Source of the DNA: Alkalilimnicola ehrlichii MLHE-1
GTDB lineage: Bacteria > Pseudomonadota > Gammaproteobacteria > Nitrococcales > Halorhodospiraceae
Assembly: GCF_000014785.1 (NCBI RefSeq)
Contig: NC_008340.1
Span: forward strand, 3,180,001 to 3,212,000
Direction: 5' to 3'
DNA: 32,000 bases
Under the pieces are notes generated by a model. That model did not search any database and had not been told where the DNA came from. It saw only the letters and a list, made by a program, of their open reading frames with translations. The position numbers and the translations under genes were made by a program. Position 1 is the first letter of the stretch. Every line of letters begins with the position of its first letter. Positions 1 to 9,028 of the stretch are shown here, piece by piece.

Positions 1-2
1 CC

Positions 3-632
3 GAGGCCCACCGCATCGCCTACTACGGTGCGTTGGCGGAGGCCGCCGGGTTCGAGGGGCCCTGGGGCAGACCGGAGGTCGTGGCCACGGCGGAGGATCT
101 GCACCGGTTCGAACAACTGCGCCTGCCCGACCTCGCACAGATCGTCTGCCTCCACGTGGCCGGCGGCAAATCGTACAAACACTGGCCGGTGGAGCGCTAT
201 GCCGCGCTCAGCGACTGGCTGAGCGACCAGGGGCTGAGCCCGGCGCTGGTGGGGGCCGCGCCGGATCGCGCGGCGGCCGACCGGATGCTGGCACACTGCA
301 CCCGGCCACCGTTGGATCTGGTTGCGCGGCTGGAACTGGGCCCACTGATTGCGCTCTTCCAGCGTTGCGGGCTGTTCGTGGGCAACGACAGCGGCCCCAT
401 GCATCTGGCCGCCGCAGCCGGGGCCCCGATCGTAGCCCTCTTCGGCCCCACGGACCCTCGCCGGTGGGGGCCCCTCTCGGAGCGGGCGGTGATTGTCCGC
501 GGCACCGAGCCTGTGCCCCCGGGCGAGGGCAAGAAATCCTTTGCCGATGGCCGGCGCATGGACAGCATCACTGTCGAGCAAGTACGCTCCGCGGTCGTTG
601 AACAGTTGACGCTCGCACCTGGAGGCCGGTGA
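3..632 (+). CDS. ADP-heptose:LPS heptosyltransferase (glycosyltransferase family 9), C-terminal part; 5' end lies outside the window
   Basis: The frame is open from nt 3, so the listed TTG at 33 is probably not the real start. GT9 C-terminal motif GNDSGPMHLAAAAGAPIVALFGPTDP. Stop TGA 630-632 overlaps the GTG at 629 of the next ORF. Confidence 0.85.
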   Translation, partial: EAHRIAYYGALAEAAGFEGPWGRPEVVATAEDLHRFEQLRLPDLAQIVCLHVAGGKSYKHWPVERYAALSDWLSDQGLSPALVGAAPDRAAADRMLAHCTRPPLDLVARLELGPLIALFQRCGLFVGNDSGPMHLAAAAGAPIVALFGPTDPRRWGPLSERAVIVRGTEPVPPGEGKKSFADGRRMDSITVEQVRSAVVEQLTLAPGGR

Positions 633-1813
633 ACGTAACCATGAATGACCTGCCACTAGCAGGCCGCCGTATCGGTTTTCTTCTCGAGCACCCCGTGACC
701 GTGGGCGCGGACGTCCAGGAACAGATGGCGGCCTGCCGGCGGCTGGGTGCCCATGTCACCGCCTGCTTTTTGTCCGGGACACCCTCCGAGTTCCCCGGCC
801 ACGGCTCAAGCGCTGATGACTTGACGGGCCTGAATCTGCCCGTGGAGGCGATCTCTGGCCATCGTATCGGCGCAGCGCGACGACTGCGCCATCTGCTCAG
901 GAAACGGCCGCTCGACACCCTCGTTTGCGATCAGTACAAGGCCATCAGCACCGCAGCATTGGCCACGTTCTTCCCACACGCCGAGGCACCCGCCATTGTT
1001 GCTCTCCTTCGCGGCTATCACGCGGTGTCCTCACCCAGCCGGCGGCGGTTCTACCGGCTGTTCGGGCGGCACATCCGCGCTTTTATCACGCTCAGCGCAG
1101 CGCAACAGCAACAAATCCGGAACCTGCTGACCTGGTTCCCCCCGGATCGCATCCACGTCGTCCCGGTCCACCTCGACCTGGACCGGCTGGCCGGTGCCAT
1201 GTTGCCGGCGAACGAGGCCCGCCGACAACTGTGCCTGCCCGGGTCGGCCGTGCTATTCGGCTGCATTTCGCGCCTGCACCCCAGTAAGCGGGTCATGGAC
1301 CTCGTTGAGGCCACCAGGCTATTGCGGGAACGAGGCGTGGAATTCCACTTGGTCATTATCGGTGGCGGTAAGCAGGAGGATGCGCTGAGAAAACGCATCG
1401 CGGAAGCCGACCTTGACGGCACCGTCCGGCTGACCGGGCGCCTGGAGTCGGCGCACCGCTATATGCCCGCCTTTGATGCCTTCATCCTGCCCTCCCCCTG
1501 CGAATCCTTCGGACGGGTGTTCCTGGAGGCCCACGCCGCCAAGACCCCCATTATCGCGGCCGATGGTGCTGCCGCTCCCGAGGTGGCCGGTCCCGCCGCG
1601 CTCCTCTTTCAGCCCACGAATGCGGCAGACCTCGCCGACAGGATGCTCGAATTCATGGCGCAAGGGCCTGAGGAGCAACTGAACGCAGGACAGATTGGGG
1701 AGGAGTACGCCAGGCGGCATTTCAGCCAGGAAGCTCTGGACCGGCATTTGCAAAAGGCCCTGGAAAAAAAAGGATTACTGGCGGAATCCCGAGACCCTGG
1801 CGCTCATCGGTGA
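629..1813 (+). CDS. Glycosyltransferase family 1 (GT-B fold), LPS core glycosyltransferase
   Basis: GT1-type signature PSPCESFGRVFLEAHAAKTPIIAAD (EX7E-like). GGAGG at 621-625. Start is GTG 629 (overlapping the upstream stop) or ATG 641. Confidence 0.85.
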   Translation: MNVTMNDLPLAGRRIGFLLEHPVTVGADVQEQMAACRRLGAHVTACFLSGTPSEFPGHGSSADDLTGLNLPVEAISGHRIGAARRLRHLLRKRPLDTLVCDQYKAISTAALATFFPHAEAPAIVALLRGYHAVSSPSRRRFYRLFGRHIRAFITLSAAQQQQIRNLLTWFPPDRIHVVPVHLDLDRLAGAMLPANEARRQLCLPGSAVLFGCISRLHPSKRVMDLVEATRLLRERGVEFHLVIIGGGKQEDALRKRIAEADLDGTVRLTGRLESAHRYMPAFDAFILPSPCESFGRVFLEAHAAKTPIIAADGAAAPEVAGPAALLFQPTNAADLADRMLEFMAQGPEEQLNAGQIGEEYARRHFSQEALDRHLQKALEKKGLLAESRDPGAHR

Positions 1814-1815
1814 AT

Positions 1816-2901
1816 TCAGGGACGTTCCGGTATCAGGGCGATGAGCCGGTCCACCGCCTCGGGCGTGCCATTGGCGTAAGCCCGTTCCGCCCCATTGGCC
1901 AAGATCCGGGCTTGGCGGTCGGGGTCGGCATGCAGTGCCTCCACGGCACTCGCGATGCCCTCGTCGTCCGCGTCCGCCGGCACGATCCGGCCTTGCGCCG
2001 CCAGGTTTTCGATGCGCTGGGGCTGGTCGTTGCCGCCAGCGGCCACCCCCACACAGGGCACCCGGGCCGACAACACCTGCTGAATCATGCTGCCCCCGCC
2101 ACTCACCGCCAACCGGGCACGGGCCACCAGGGCCACGAACACCTCCGAGGGCACCGACCGCAATTCCAACCGACCCGGCTGATCACTCAGGCGGTGAGAA
2201 CTGAGGGGCCCGGCCACAAACACGACAGGCACTCCGGTCCGGGCGTGGAACAGACGCGCCGCCCGCTGGAAGATCTCGCTGGACGGTCGTCCGCCCACGG
2301 AGGTCCCGCCACCGCCGGAACAAAAAAAGACATACCCGTCCGCCCCGGGCGCCAGGCGCCGGAGCAGGGTATCCGCGGCCTGCTGGTCGGGCAGCGGCAT
2401 CAGGGCTGAGAAGAACCGGATCGCCGTGCGGCTCCCCGCCGCCATGAGCCGGCAACGCTCACCGAACGTCAGGCGCAGGTCTCCGGGATCGCCCACCAGC
2501 CAGTGTTCATCCAGCAAACGCAAGTGCTTGCGGGCAAAACCCAGCCGGCGCGTGCGCGGGCGCCAGCTGACATAGACGGTGCGGGCGCCCACAGACCGCG
2601 CCGCCCTAAGCATCCAAGGCCTCAGGGTGCTGTCGAACACCACGACCTGCGGCCGCAACTGCTGGATAAGGTTGCTGAGCCGGTTCGGATTCCGCTTGGG
2701 CGTCCCCTCGAGCTCATGGACGCGGATAAAGGCGGGGCGCTCCACCCGGGCGCTCCGGTTGACCACGAACTGCAGCGACCAATCCGGGCACCGTTGCGAC
2801 AGGCCCTTCGCAAGGGTCAACAGCCGGTAATACTCACCGGAGCCCTCGCGCCCACTGATCGGCACGAACAGGACGACCGGACTCGCTACTTCCTCAACCA
2901 T
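1816..2901 (-). CDS. Putative GT-B fold glycosyltransferase (MurG/GT28-like C-terminal half), donor and acceptor unknown
   Basis: 361-aa ORF with ATG at 2901 preceded by GAGG. Gly-rich loop FFCSGGGGTSVGG and C-terminal SGGGSMIQQVLSARVPCVGV resemble nucleotide-sugar-binding GT-B proteins. Located in an LPS cluster. Family assignment is from memory of motifs only. Confidence 0.6.
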   Translation of the reverse strand: MVEEVASPVVLFVPISGREGSGEYYRLLTLAKGLSQRCPDWSLQFVVNRSARVERPAFIRVHELEGTPKRNPNRLSNLIQQLRPQVVVFDSTLRPWMLRAARSVGARTVYVSWRPRTRRLGFARKHLRLLDEHWLVGDPGDLRLTFGERCRLMAAGSRTAIRFFSALMPLPDQQAADTLLRRLAPGADGYVFFCSGGGGTSVGGRPSSEIFQRAARLFHARTGVPVVFVAGPLSSHRLSDQPGRLELRSVPSEVFVALVARARLAVSGGGSMIQQVLSARVPCVGVAAGGNDQPQRIENLAAQGRIVPADADDEGIASAVEALHADPDRQARILANGAERAYANGTPEAVDRLIALIPERP

Positions 2902-2913
2902 GACACCTCGAAT

Positions 2914-4206
2914 TCATCCAGAGCGGGATCGACTCACCCTGGCACCCGGGCCTTCCGTCTGCCCCCTTTGCCGCTGCAGAAGTTCCCGACCGGCGAGCGC
3001 ACCCATGGGCAACCACAAGGCCACCCAGATATGCGGATGGATACGGGTAATGATCTGGTGGCCATCGACGCCCAGCGGCACCAGGCCCGCCACCAGCAGG
3101 GCAACAGCCAGGATGGCACCAGGCGAGCGGTCATCGCGGTCCCAGTACGCGATCCGGAGCGCCAACCCATACAGGGCCACCAGCAGGGCACCCCCCAGTA
3201 CTCCACCCGCCATTAGGGTCATCAACCACAGATTGTGCGGGCTGATATGGATTCGGTCACCATAGGTGATGGAGGTGTCACTGGCCAGGCCCGCCCCGAA
3301 CCAGGGCGCCTCGGCGATGCGCGCCAGGGCGACCTGCCAGATCCCGATACGTTGGGCATCCGCGCGTTCGATCAACCCGCGCCCTCCCCATTCCACCGTC
3401 TCGACCGCCACCAGAGCGGCCGAGGCGACCACCAGGAAAAGCGCCAGGGTTTTCCAGTAACGGAGGCGCAAGAGCAGGAAGACTGACACCAACGCGGCCC
3501 CCAGAATCAGCCCGCGGCTCTGGGCCAACAGCAGGAACGCCCCGGCACACATCAGAGGCACCGCGGCGACAACCCGCCAGCGGGGTGATCGGTCCGACAA
3601 CACAAAGCACAGGGCGAAGGTGAACGCCAGCAGGAATCCAACCGCGTCCGGGTTCGGATTGGTGTGGTAATAGACGAGGTTCGACAGCCGCGCAGCGGGA
3701 AACGGATGCGCCTGATAATAATGGTAAACAGAGTAGAAAAAGACGATGCAGGCAGCCAGGCCTAAAAACCAGAAAAGGCGCTCCGCCCATTGCTCATCGC
3801 GGGCCACCATGTAAGCCGTGGCCAGGACCGCTGCGAAAATAATGAGCCCGTAGCGCAACTTGCTACCAAAGAGCGCCCACGACGCATCCGGACTCCAGCT
3901 CACCGATAACAACAGATAGCCCAGGAACAACCCCAGACACTGGATAACCCGGCTGCTGAGCAGCCACTGAAACTGCTGCCGGCCCAGGACCATAAGGAAG
4001 GGCAGAAAGACGAGAAAATACAGGCTGTCCCGGTGCACCCGGGTGCTCCAGGCAAAAATAAACCCTGCCCAGAACAGAGCGAGCCCCCAGGAGACCCAAT
4101 GGGTCTCCTTCGCAAGCCGGCGCCACCGCTGACCGTCAAAGAAAACCTGGAGGCGATGGACGGGCAGGCTCAGAACCGCCATCAGACCTGATCGCTGCGG
4201 GCACAC
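2914..4206 (-). CDS. O-antigen ligase family membrane protein (Wzy_C/WaaL-like)
   Basis: Many predicted TM segments. A large loop carries IHISPHNLWLMTLMAGG (H-N-x-x-L motif of the O-antigen ligase domain). Start is GTG 4206 or ATG 4182. Confidence 0.8.
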   Translation of the reverse strand: MCPQRSGLMAVLSLPVHRLQVFFDGQRWRRLAKETHWVSWGLALFWAGFIFAWSTRVHRDSLYFLVFLPFLMVLGRQQFQWLLSSRVIQCLGLFLGYLLLSVSWSPDASWALFGSKLRYGLIIFAAVLATAYMVARDEQWAERLFWFLGLAACIVFFYSVYHYYQAHPFPAARLSNLVYYHTNPNPDAVGFLLAFTFALCFVLSDRSPRWRVVAAVPLMCAGAFLLLAQSRGLILGAALVSVFLLLRLRYWKTLALFLVVASAALVAVETVEWGGRGLIERADAQRIGIWQVALARIAEAPWFGAGLASDTSITYGDRIHISPHNLWLMTLMAGGVLGGALLVALYGLALRIAYWDRDDRSPGAILAVALLVAGLVPLGVDGHQIITRIHPHIWVALWLPMGALAGRELLQRQRGQTEGPGARVSRSRSG

Positions 4207-4227
4207 ACGGATGCAGGCCGGTCCGCG

Positions 4228-5052
4228 TCAGCTATCCAGCGTGGCGTCATCTCGTAACGCCTTCACCCAGGGCTTACTGAACAGGTCATGCACCCTGCGC
4301 TCCGCCTTGTCCTCATGCTTGGAACCCGTCCTCGGCCGCCGCGCCGCCACCGCCGCGGTACCATGAGCGATGTGCACCACGTTGCGGTACATCTCGGGCA
4401 CCGGGATCATGCGCACATTCAGGCCCGCGTCCCAGATCTGCTTTGCCGTGGAATAGCCGCCCCCCTGACCGTGGATGGCCCGAAAGGTGATGTCGTGGTC
4501 CAGGATCAGCCGGCGGCGAAACATGGCGCAGTAGTCGCGGGGGTAATCCCCCTGGCGCCAGCGGTAGACCTTCTTGCTGCCGAACAGGGACTTGATGCGG
4601 GTGCGGATGACATGGCCCACCTTCTTCTGGAAGGTGTAGAGCGGATGCTCCAGGTTCAGCTTCCAGGCCCCCACCCCGGCCGTACGCTCATCGCCCTTGT
4701 CGAACTCCCGGAAGAAGGGATCGAGCCAACGGTCGCTCTTCACGAAGACGTCCGAGTGCATGACCATGAAGTAATCGCCCGTCGCCTCGCGGATACCCAG
4801 ATCCCAGGATGTAAAAACATTGTCCGGGAAGTTGTGGAAGCCCTCCTCCGGACGCTCGATCAGGCGGATCCAGGGCAGCGAGCGCAGCCAGTCCAGGCTG
4901 TCGTCCTTGGAGCCGTTGTCGACGACGATGACCTCGAGATTGTAGCCCTGCGAGTGCTTGCGGATGGAGCGCAGGCAGATCTGCATCAGCTCTTTGACTT
5001 CCCAGTGAGGGATACAGAGGGTCACCTTGCGGTCGGCGTAGGGTTGTGTCAT
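4228..5052 (-). CDS. Glycosyltransferase family 2
   Basis: N-terminal VTLCIPHWEVKE...LEVIVVDNGSKDDSLDWL, typical of GT-A/GT2. Likely start is ATG 5052 (MTQPYADRK); the ORF-track start at 5091 is an upstream extension. Confidence 0.85.
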   Translation of the reverse strand: MTQPYADRKVTLCIPHWEVKELMQICLRSIRKHSQGYNLEVIVVDNGSKDDSLDWLRSLPWIRLIERPEEGFHNFPDNVFTSWDLGIREATGDYFMVMHSDVFVKSDRWLDPFFREFDKGDERTAGVGAWKLNLEHPLYTFQKKVGHVIRTRIKSLFGSKKVYRWRQGDYPRDYCAMFRRRLILDHDITFRAIHGQGGGYSTAKQIWDAGLNVRMIPVPEMYRNVVHIAHGTAAVAARRPRTGSKHEDKAERRVHDLFSKPWVKALRDDATLDS

Positions 5053-5087
5053 CGGTGGTCTCGATCTCGCTCCGGTTCTGCAGGCTG

Positions 5088-6041
5088 TCAACGCGACAGC
5101 AGTTGGTCGAAATACTCGATGGTCCGGCGCAGGCCCTCATCCAGCGCCGTTACCGGGGCCCAGTCGAGTTCGGCACGGGCGCGGCTGATGTCCGGGCAGC
5201 GCTGGCGCGGATCGTCCTGGGGCAGTGGCCGGAAGACCAGCCGGGACTTTGAGCCCGTGAGCTCAATCACCCGCTCGGCCAGCGCCCGGATGGTGAACTC
5301 CACCGGATTGCCCAGATTGATGGGACCGGTCACCTCGGGTGGGGTGGCCATGAGCCGGGCCAGGCCGTCCACCAGGTCGTCCACGTAACAGAATGAGCGG
5401 CTTTGCCGACCTTCTCCGTAGACGGTGATCGGTTCGCCGCTCAGGGCCTGCACGATGAAATTGGAGACCACCCGGCCGTCATGCGGGTGCATACGCGGCC
5501 CGTAGGTATTGAAGATCCGGGCCACCTTGATCTCCAGCGCATGCTGTTTGTAGTAGTCGAAAAACAGCGTCTCTGCACAGCGCTTGCCTTCATCGTAGCA
5601 GGAACGCGGCCCGATCGGATTAACGCTGCCGACGTAGGACTCCGGCTGCGGGTGCACGCTGGGGTCGCCATACACCTCGCTGGTGGAGGCCTGCAGGATC
5701 CGCGCCTTGAGCCGTTTGGCCAGGCCCAACATATTGATGGCGCCATGGACGCTGGTCTTGGTGGTCTGCACCGGATCGTGCTGATAGTGCACCGGTGAGG
5801 CCGGACAGGCGAGGTTGTAGATCTCCTCCACCTCCAGATAGAGAGGGAAGGTGATATCGTGCCGGATCGCCTCGAACTCCGGGTAATCCCGCAGGTGGGC
5901 GATGGACTGCTTGGTGCCGGTGAAAAAGTTGTCGACACACAGTACCTCATGCCCCTCCGCGAGCAACCGCTCGCACAGATGCGAACCGATAAAGCCAGCG
6001 CCCCCTGTGACCAATACCCGCTTGCGCAATGGGTCTCTCAT
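5088..6041 (-). CDS. UDP-glucuronate decarboxylase (UDP-xylose synthase type SDR)
   Basis: [19 protein letters not shown] Rossmann motif, catalytic YDEGKRCAE, and the DNFFTG and [19 protein letters not shown] blocks characteristic of UXS enzymes. ATG 6041 is preceded by GGAGGGAGG; the track ORF extends artificially to 6347. Confidence 0.9.
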   Translation of the reverse strand: MRDPLRKRVLVTGGAGFIGSHLCERLLAEGHEVLCVDNFFTGTKQSIAHLRDYPEFEAIRHDITFPLYLEVEEIYNLACPASPVHYQHDPVQTTKTSVHGAINMLGLAKRLKARILQASTSEVYGDPSVHPQPESYVGSVNPIGPRSCYDEGKRCAETLFFDYYKQHALEIKVARIFNTYGPRMHPHDGRVVSNFIVQALSGEPITVYGEGRQSRSFCYVDDLVDGLARLMATPPEVTGPINLGNPVEFTIRALAERVIELTGSKSRLVFRPLPQDDPRQRCPDISRARAELDWAPVTALDEGLRRTIEYFDQLLSR

Positions 6042-6143
6042 GCGCCGCCCTCCCTCCAATCGATACCGGCGATCGTGCGCCCCGCCCGGGGTCTGCAAAG
6101 GGACCGGCGCCTTGGGCTGACGGACAACGCGATCCCGCGCGGA

Positions 6144-6152
6144 TGTTATCAT
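6144..6152 (+). promoter_or_regulatory. Candidate extended -10 promoter element (TGtTATCAT) upstream of msbA
   Basis: TG-n-TATCAT at 6144-6152 in the 229-nt divergent intergenic region. No good -35 was seen. Confidence 0.25.
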
Positions 6153-6270
6153 GGCGCGCGCGGCGGACGCCGCGCGACGCCGGCGGACTGCGGCAGGTCT
6201 CACACAACCGCCACCGACAAGGATCACCCATGCACTCAGGCACCACTCCCAAGCGCGGGGCCGCGCGGTC

Positions 6271-8040
6271 ATGAGCAAAGGGCACAGCGACCATCCCAGC
6301 GCCGGCGAGTCCTGGCACCTGTATAAGCGCATTTTCGGCTTTATCAAGCCCTACTGGCGGCTGGGCGTGCTGGCCATCGTCTGTATGGTGCTGGCGGCGG
6401 CCGGTCAGGCGGCCTTTGCCTGGATCATCCAGCCGCTGGTGGACGGCACCTTCATCGAGCAGGACCCAGGCGCCCGGCTCTGGGTACCGGCGACCCTGGT
6501 CGGCATCTTCCTCTTCCACGGCGTCACCACCTTCGCCTCCGACTATACCGTGGCCTGGGTCGGCCGGCGGGTGGTCAAGGACGTGCGCCAGGCGGTCTTC
6601 GAGCAGTACCTTCGGCTGCCCACCAGCTATTTCGACAAGAACTCCCCCGGCACCCTGCTGGCCAAACTGACCTATAACGTCAATCAGATCAGTGCGGCGG
6701 CCTCCAAGGCGGTGGTCGTACTGGTGCGCGACACCTTCACGGTGATCTTCCTGCTGGCCTATATGACCTACCTCAGCGGCTGGCTGGTGATGATCGTCTT
6801 CGGTTTGGGCCCGCTGGTGGCCGTGGTGGTGACCGCAGCCAACAAGCGCTTCCGCAAGCTGAGCCGGCGCATGCAGGCCTCGGTGGGGGAGTACGCCCAG
6901 ATCGCCGAGGACGGGATCCGCGGACAGGCTGAGGTCAAGATCTTCGGTGGCCAGCGTTACGAGGCGGAGCGCTTCGACCGGACCAACACCCGCCACCACC
7001 GGCAGCTCATGCGCTACAAGGCGGTGCAGGCGGCCAGCCAGCCGCTGGCGCAACTGGGCGCAGTGATCGCCCTGGCCATTATCCTCTACCTGGCGACCAT
7101 GGACGTGATCCTGGAGACCATCAGCCCCGGGGGCATGATCTCGTTCATCGCCGCCATGCTGCTGATGCTGCCGCCGCTGAAACGGGTGATCGGGGTGAAC
7201 GCCGAGATCCAGAAAGCGTTGGCCGCCGGGGAGAGCGTCTTCGAGGTGCTGGACGCCCCGCCGGAACCCGACCACGGGCAGCGCCCGCTGGAGCGGGCCC
7301 GGGGCCTGATCGAGTTCGACCGGGTGGCCTTCCGCTACCCGGAATCCGAGGACTGGGTGCTTCGGGACATCAACCTGTCCATCCAGCCCGGCGAGACGGT
7401 GGCCCTGGTGGGCCGCTCGGGCAGCGGTAAGACCACCCTGGCCAGCCTGCTGCCGCGCTTTTACGACCCGCAGCGGGGCGAGATCCGACTGGACGGCCAC
7501 CCGCTGGCGGAATACCGGCTGCAGGCGCTGCGCTCGCAGATGTCTCTGGTCAACCAGCAGGTGGTGCTGTTCAACGACTCCCTGGCCAACAACATCGCCT
7601 ACGGCCTGAGCGAGCGGCCGACAGCGGCGCAACTGCAGGCCGCGGCCCGTGCCGCCAATGCCCTGGAGTTCATCGAGGAGCTGCCGGAGGGCTTCGACAC
7701 CGTCATTGGCGAGAACGGCGTCATGCTCTCCGGGGGGCAGCGCCAGCGCATCGCCATCGCCCGGGCCCTGCTCAAGGATGCGCCCATTCTGATCCTCGAC
7801 GAGGCGACCTCCGCCCTGGACTCGGAATCGGAAAAGCGCATCCAGGAGGCGCTGGAGAAACTGATGCGCGGCCGGACCACCCTGGTCATCGCCCACCGGC
7901 TGTCCACCATCGAGGACGCCGACCGAATCGTGGTGCTCGATGCCGGCCGGGTGGTGGAGACCGGGACCCACCGGGAGCTGCTGGACCACAACGGGCACTA
8001 CGCCTCGTTGCACCGTGTCCAGTTCAACGGTCCGTCCTGA
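6271..8040 (+). CDS. msbA: Lipid A export ATP-binding/permease protein MsbA
   Basis: N-terminal 6-TM ABC exporter domain. Walker [10 protein letters not shown], signature [15 protein letters not shown], Walker [13 protein letters not shown]. Start ATG 6271 (MSKGHSD); the track ORF starts earlier at 6151. Confidence 0.93.
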   Translation: MSKGHSDHPSAGESWHLYKRIFGFIKPYWRLGVLAIVCMVLAAAGQAAFAWIIQPLVDGTFIEQDPGARLWVPATLVGIFLFHGVTTFASDYTVAWVGRRVVKDVRQAVFEQYLRLPTSYFDKNSPGTLLAKLTYNVNQISAAASKAVVVLVRDTFTVIFLLAYMTYLSGWLVMIVFGLGPLVAVVVTAANKRFRKLSRRMQASVGEYAQIAEDGIRGQAEVKIFGGQRYEAERFDRTNTRHHRQLMRYKAVQAASQPLAQLGAVIALAIILYLATMDVILETISPGGMISFIAAMLLMLPPLKRVIGVNAEIQKALAAGESVFEVLDAPPEPDHGQRPLERARGLIEFDRVAFRYPESEDWVLRDINLSIQPGETVALVGRSGSGKTTLASLLPRFYDPQRGEIRLDGHPLAEYRLQALRSQMSLVNQQVVLFNDSLANNIAYGLSERPTAAQLQAAARAANALEFIEELPEGFDTVIGENGVMLSGGQRQRIAIARALLKDAPILILDEATSALDSESEKRIQEALEKLMRGRTTLVIAHRLSTIEDADRIVVLDAGRVVETGTHRELLDHNGHYASLHRVQFNGPS

Positions 8041-8041
8041 G

Positions 8042-8055
8042 GGGCGGATCCGCCC
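8042..8055. terminator. GC-rich palindrome GGGCGGATCCGCCC between convergent msbA and the kinase-like gene (possible bidirectional hairpin)
   Basis: Perfect 14-nt palindrome in the 29-nt convergent gap. No U-tract on either strand, so it is not a canonical intrinsic terminator. Confidence 0.25.
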
Positions 8056-8069
8056 TTCACACCGGTCGG

Positions 8070-8912
8070 CTACGGGCGCCAGTCCCGCGGCAGGGTCTGC
8101 TCAATGGCCGCCGCAGTGATGAACAGCCGTCGCAGGTCCTTACTGGTGTGGCGGAACAGGCGCCCGGGCCGGCGCTCGATGGCGCGCAGGGTCGCCTGGG
8201 CCCGCACCAGGCACGCCACCATACGCTCATCGGGTGCATGGCCGGCGAGGTAGGCCTCCAGGGCATGCCGGCAAAGTCCGGTGGTCTCCCCTGCGCTCAG
8301 CTGTCGGAAGGCCGTGATCGAGTGGATAAGCAGGTAGAGATCGATCACTTGGCGGGCGGCCAATGGCATGACCTCGTCCAGCGGCTCTTCGAAGTCGATC
8401 CGGACCAGCCGCTCCCCCTCCCCGGCCAGCAGGTAATTCCGCAACTGTGCCCCACCGTGCCAGTGACCGGCACCATGAAAGCGACCCAGGTCCCCGGCGA
8501 CCCGGGCGATTACCGGTCGAAGCGCGTCAAGGCCCGCATGGCGGATGCGCCGCCACAAGGGCGCGCCCCCGTCTTCCAACACCAGGAAACCCTCGCCGAC
8601 CTGCGCTACCGCCGGTACCACCTCCCCCGCCCGGTGCAGGCGCTGAAGACGGCCGGCCTCGTAGTGGAGCTGGCGATCACCACCGATCCGCAGGGGCGTC
8701 CGCGGCAGCCAGTAACCGAGCAGGATTCGTCCCAGCAGTGCACCGCCCCAGGCCCGAGCGCGCCCGCGACCTGGGACTGCCTGTTTGACCACCCAGCGAC
8801 GCCCGCCCTGCTGGACAGAAAAGACCCGCCCCCGCGCCCTCCTCGCCGCCGCCCGGAGGTGGTCAAGGGTGGGTACGGCTTCGAAAGTGGGGGCGATTCC
8901 TGACATCGGCAT
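8070..8912 (-). CDS. Lipopolysaccharide kinase (Kdo/WaaP) family protein, KdkA paralogue with atypical catalytic loop
   Basis: LGRFHGAGHWHGGAQLRNYLL...LVRIDFEEP aligns by eye with KdkA in this window (IRRFHDAGHWHPDLNSRNILI...VWIIDWDRGE). A VVKQ lysine is present. Confidence 0.75.
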   Translation of the reverse strand: MPMSGIAPTFEAVPTLDHLRAAARRARGRVFSVQQGGRRWVVKQAVPGRGRARAWGGALLGRILLGYWLPRTPLRIGGDRQLHYEAGRLQRLHRAGEVVPAVAQVGEGFLVLEDGGAPLWRRIRHAGLDALRPVIARVAGDLGRFHGAGHWHGGAQLRNYLLAGEGERLVRIDFEEPLDEVMPLAARQVIDLYLLIHSITAFRQLSAGETTGLCRHALEAYLAGHAPDERMVACLVRAQATLRAIERRPGRLFRHTSKDLRRLFITAAAIEQTLPRDWRP

Positions 8913-8915
8913 AAC

Positions 8916-8976
8916 GGGGCTGTGACCGTATTATGAACGTCCGAGTCTATCTCATGCGGCCCACCGTCACAGCCCC
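8916..8976. repeat. Perfect 11-bp inverted repeat GGGGCTGTGAC / GTCACAGCCCC separated by 39 nt in a divergent promoter region
   Basis: Arms at 8916-8926 and 8966-8976, read directly from the sequence. Lies between the kinase-like gene (start 8912, minus) and lpxL (start 9029, plus). Confidence 0.6.
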
Positions 8977-8990
8977 TGATGCGCCGCCGC

Positions 8991-8999
8991 TGGTATACT
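8991..8999 (+). promoter_or_regulatory. Candidate extended -10 promoter element (TGgTATACT) for lpxL
   Basis: TG-n-TATACT at 8991-8999, about 30 nt upstream of the lpxL ATG. Confidence 0.3.
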
Positions 9000-9028
9000 T
9001 GCGCGCCTGAACCGCAATCCCCGTTGGC

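Noticed and set aside
1764-2328. Homopolymer tracts in LPS glycosyltransferase genes (A8 at 1764-1771 near the 3' end of the GT1 gene; A7 at 2322-2328, T7 on the coding strand, mid-gene in the GT-B gene) as possible phase-variation switches.
   Set aside because: The tracts are shorter than those that typically give appreciable slipped-strand switching. The A8 lies only about 14 codons from the stop. There is no population or sequence-heterogeneity evidence. Noted only because A/T runs stand out in this GC-rich DNA.
5947-8013. 688-aa ORF antisense to msbA. Similar very long ORFs: 11934..13817 (+), 14280..16052 (+), 17476..18897 (+), 19388..20335 (+), 22459..23772 (+), 22772..24094 (-), 25443..27329 (-), 27229..28716 (-).
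   Set aside because: All lie opposite or out of frame to genes with unmistakable family motifs. Their translations are low-complexity and rich in Arg/Gly/Pro/Ala/His/Gln with no recognisable domains. Such stop-free shadow frames are expected in DNA with very high third-position GC.
8042-8055. GGGCGGATCCGCCC palindrome containing a BamHI site, considered as a cloning scar or engineered junction.
   Set aside because: The flanking genes (msbA, kinase-like) are intact and convergent with natural spacing. A short GC palindrome in a convergent gap is ordinary hairpin-forming sequence.
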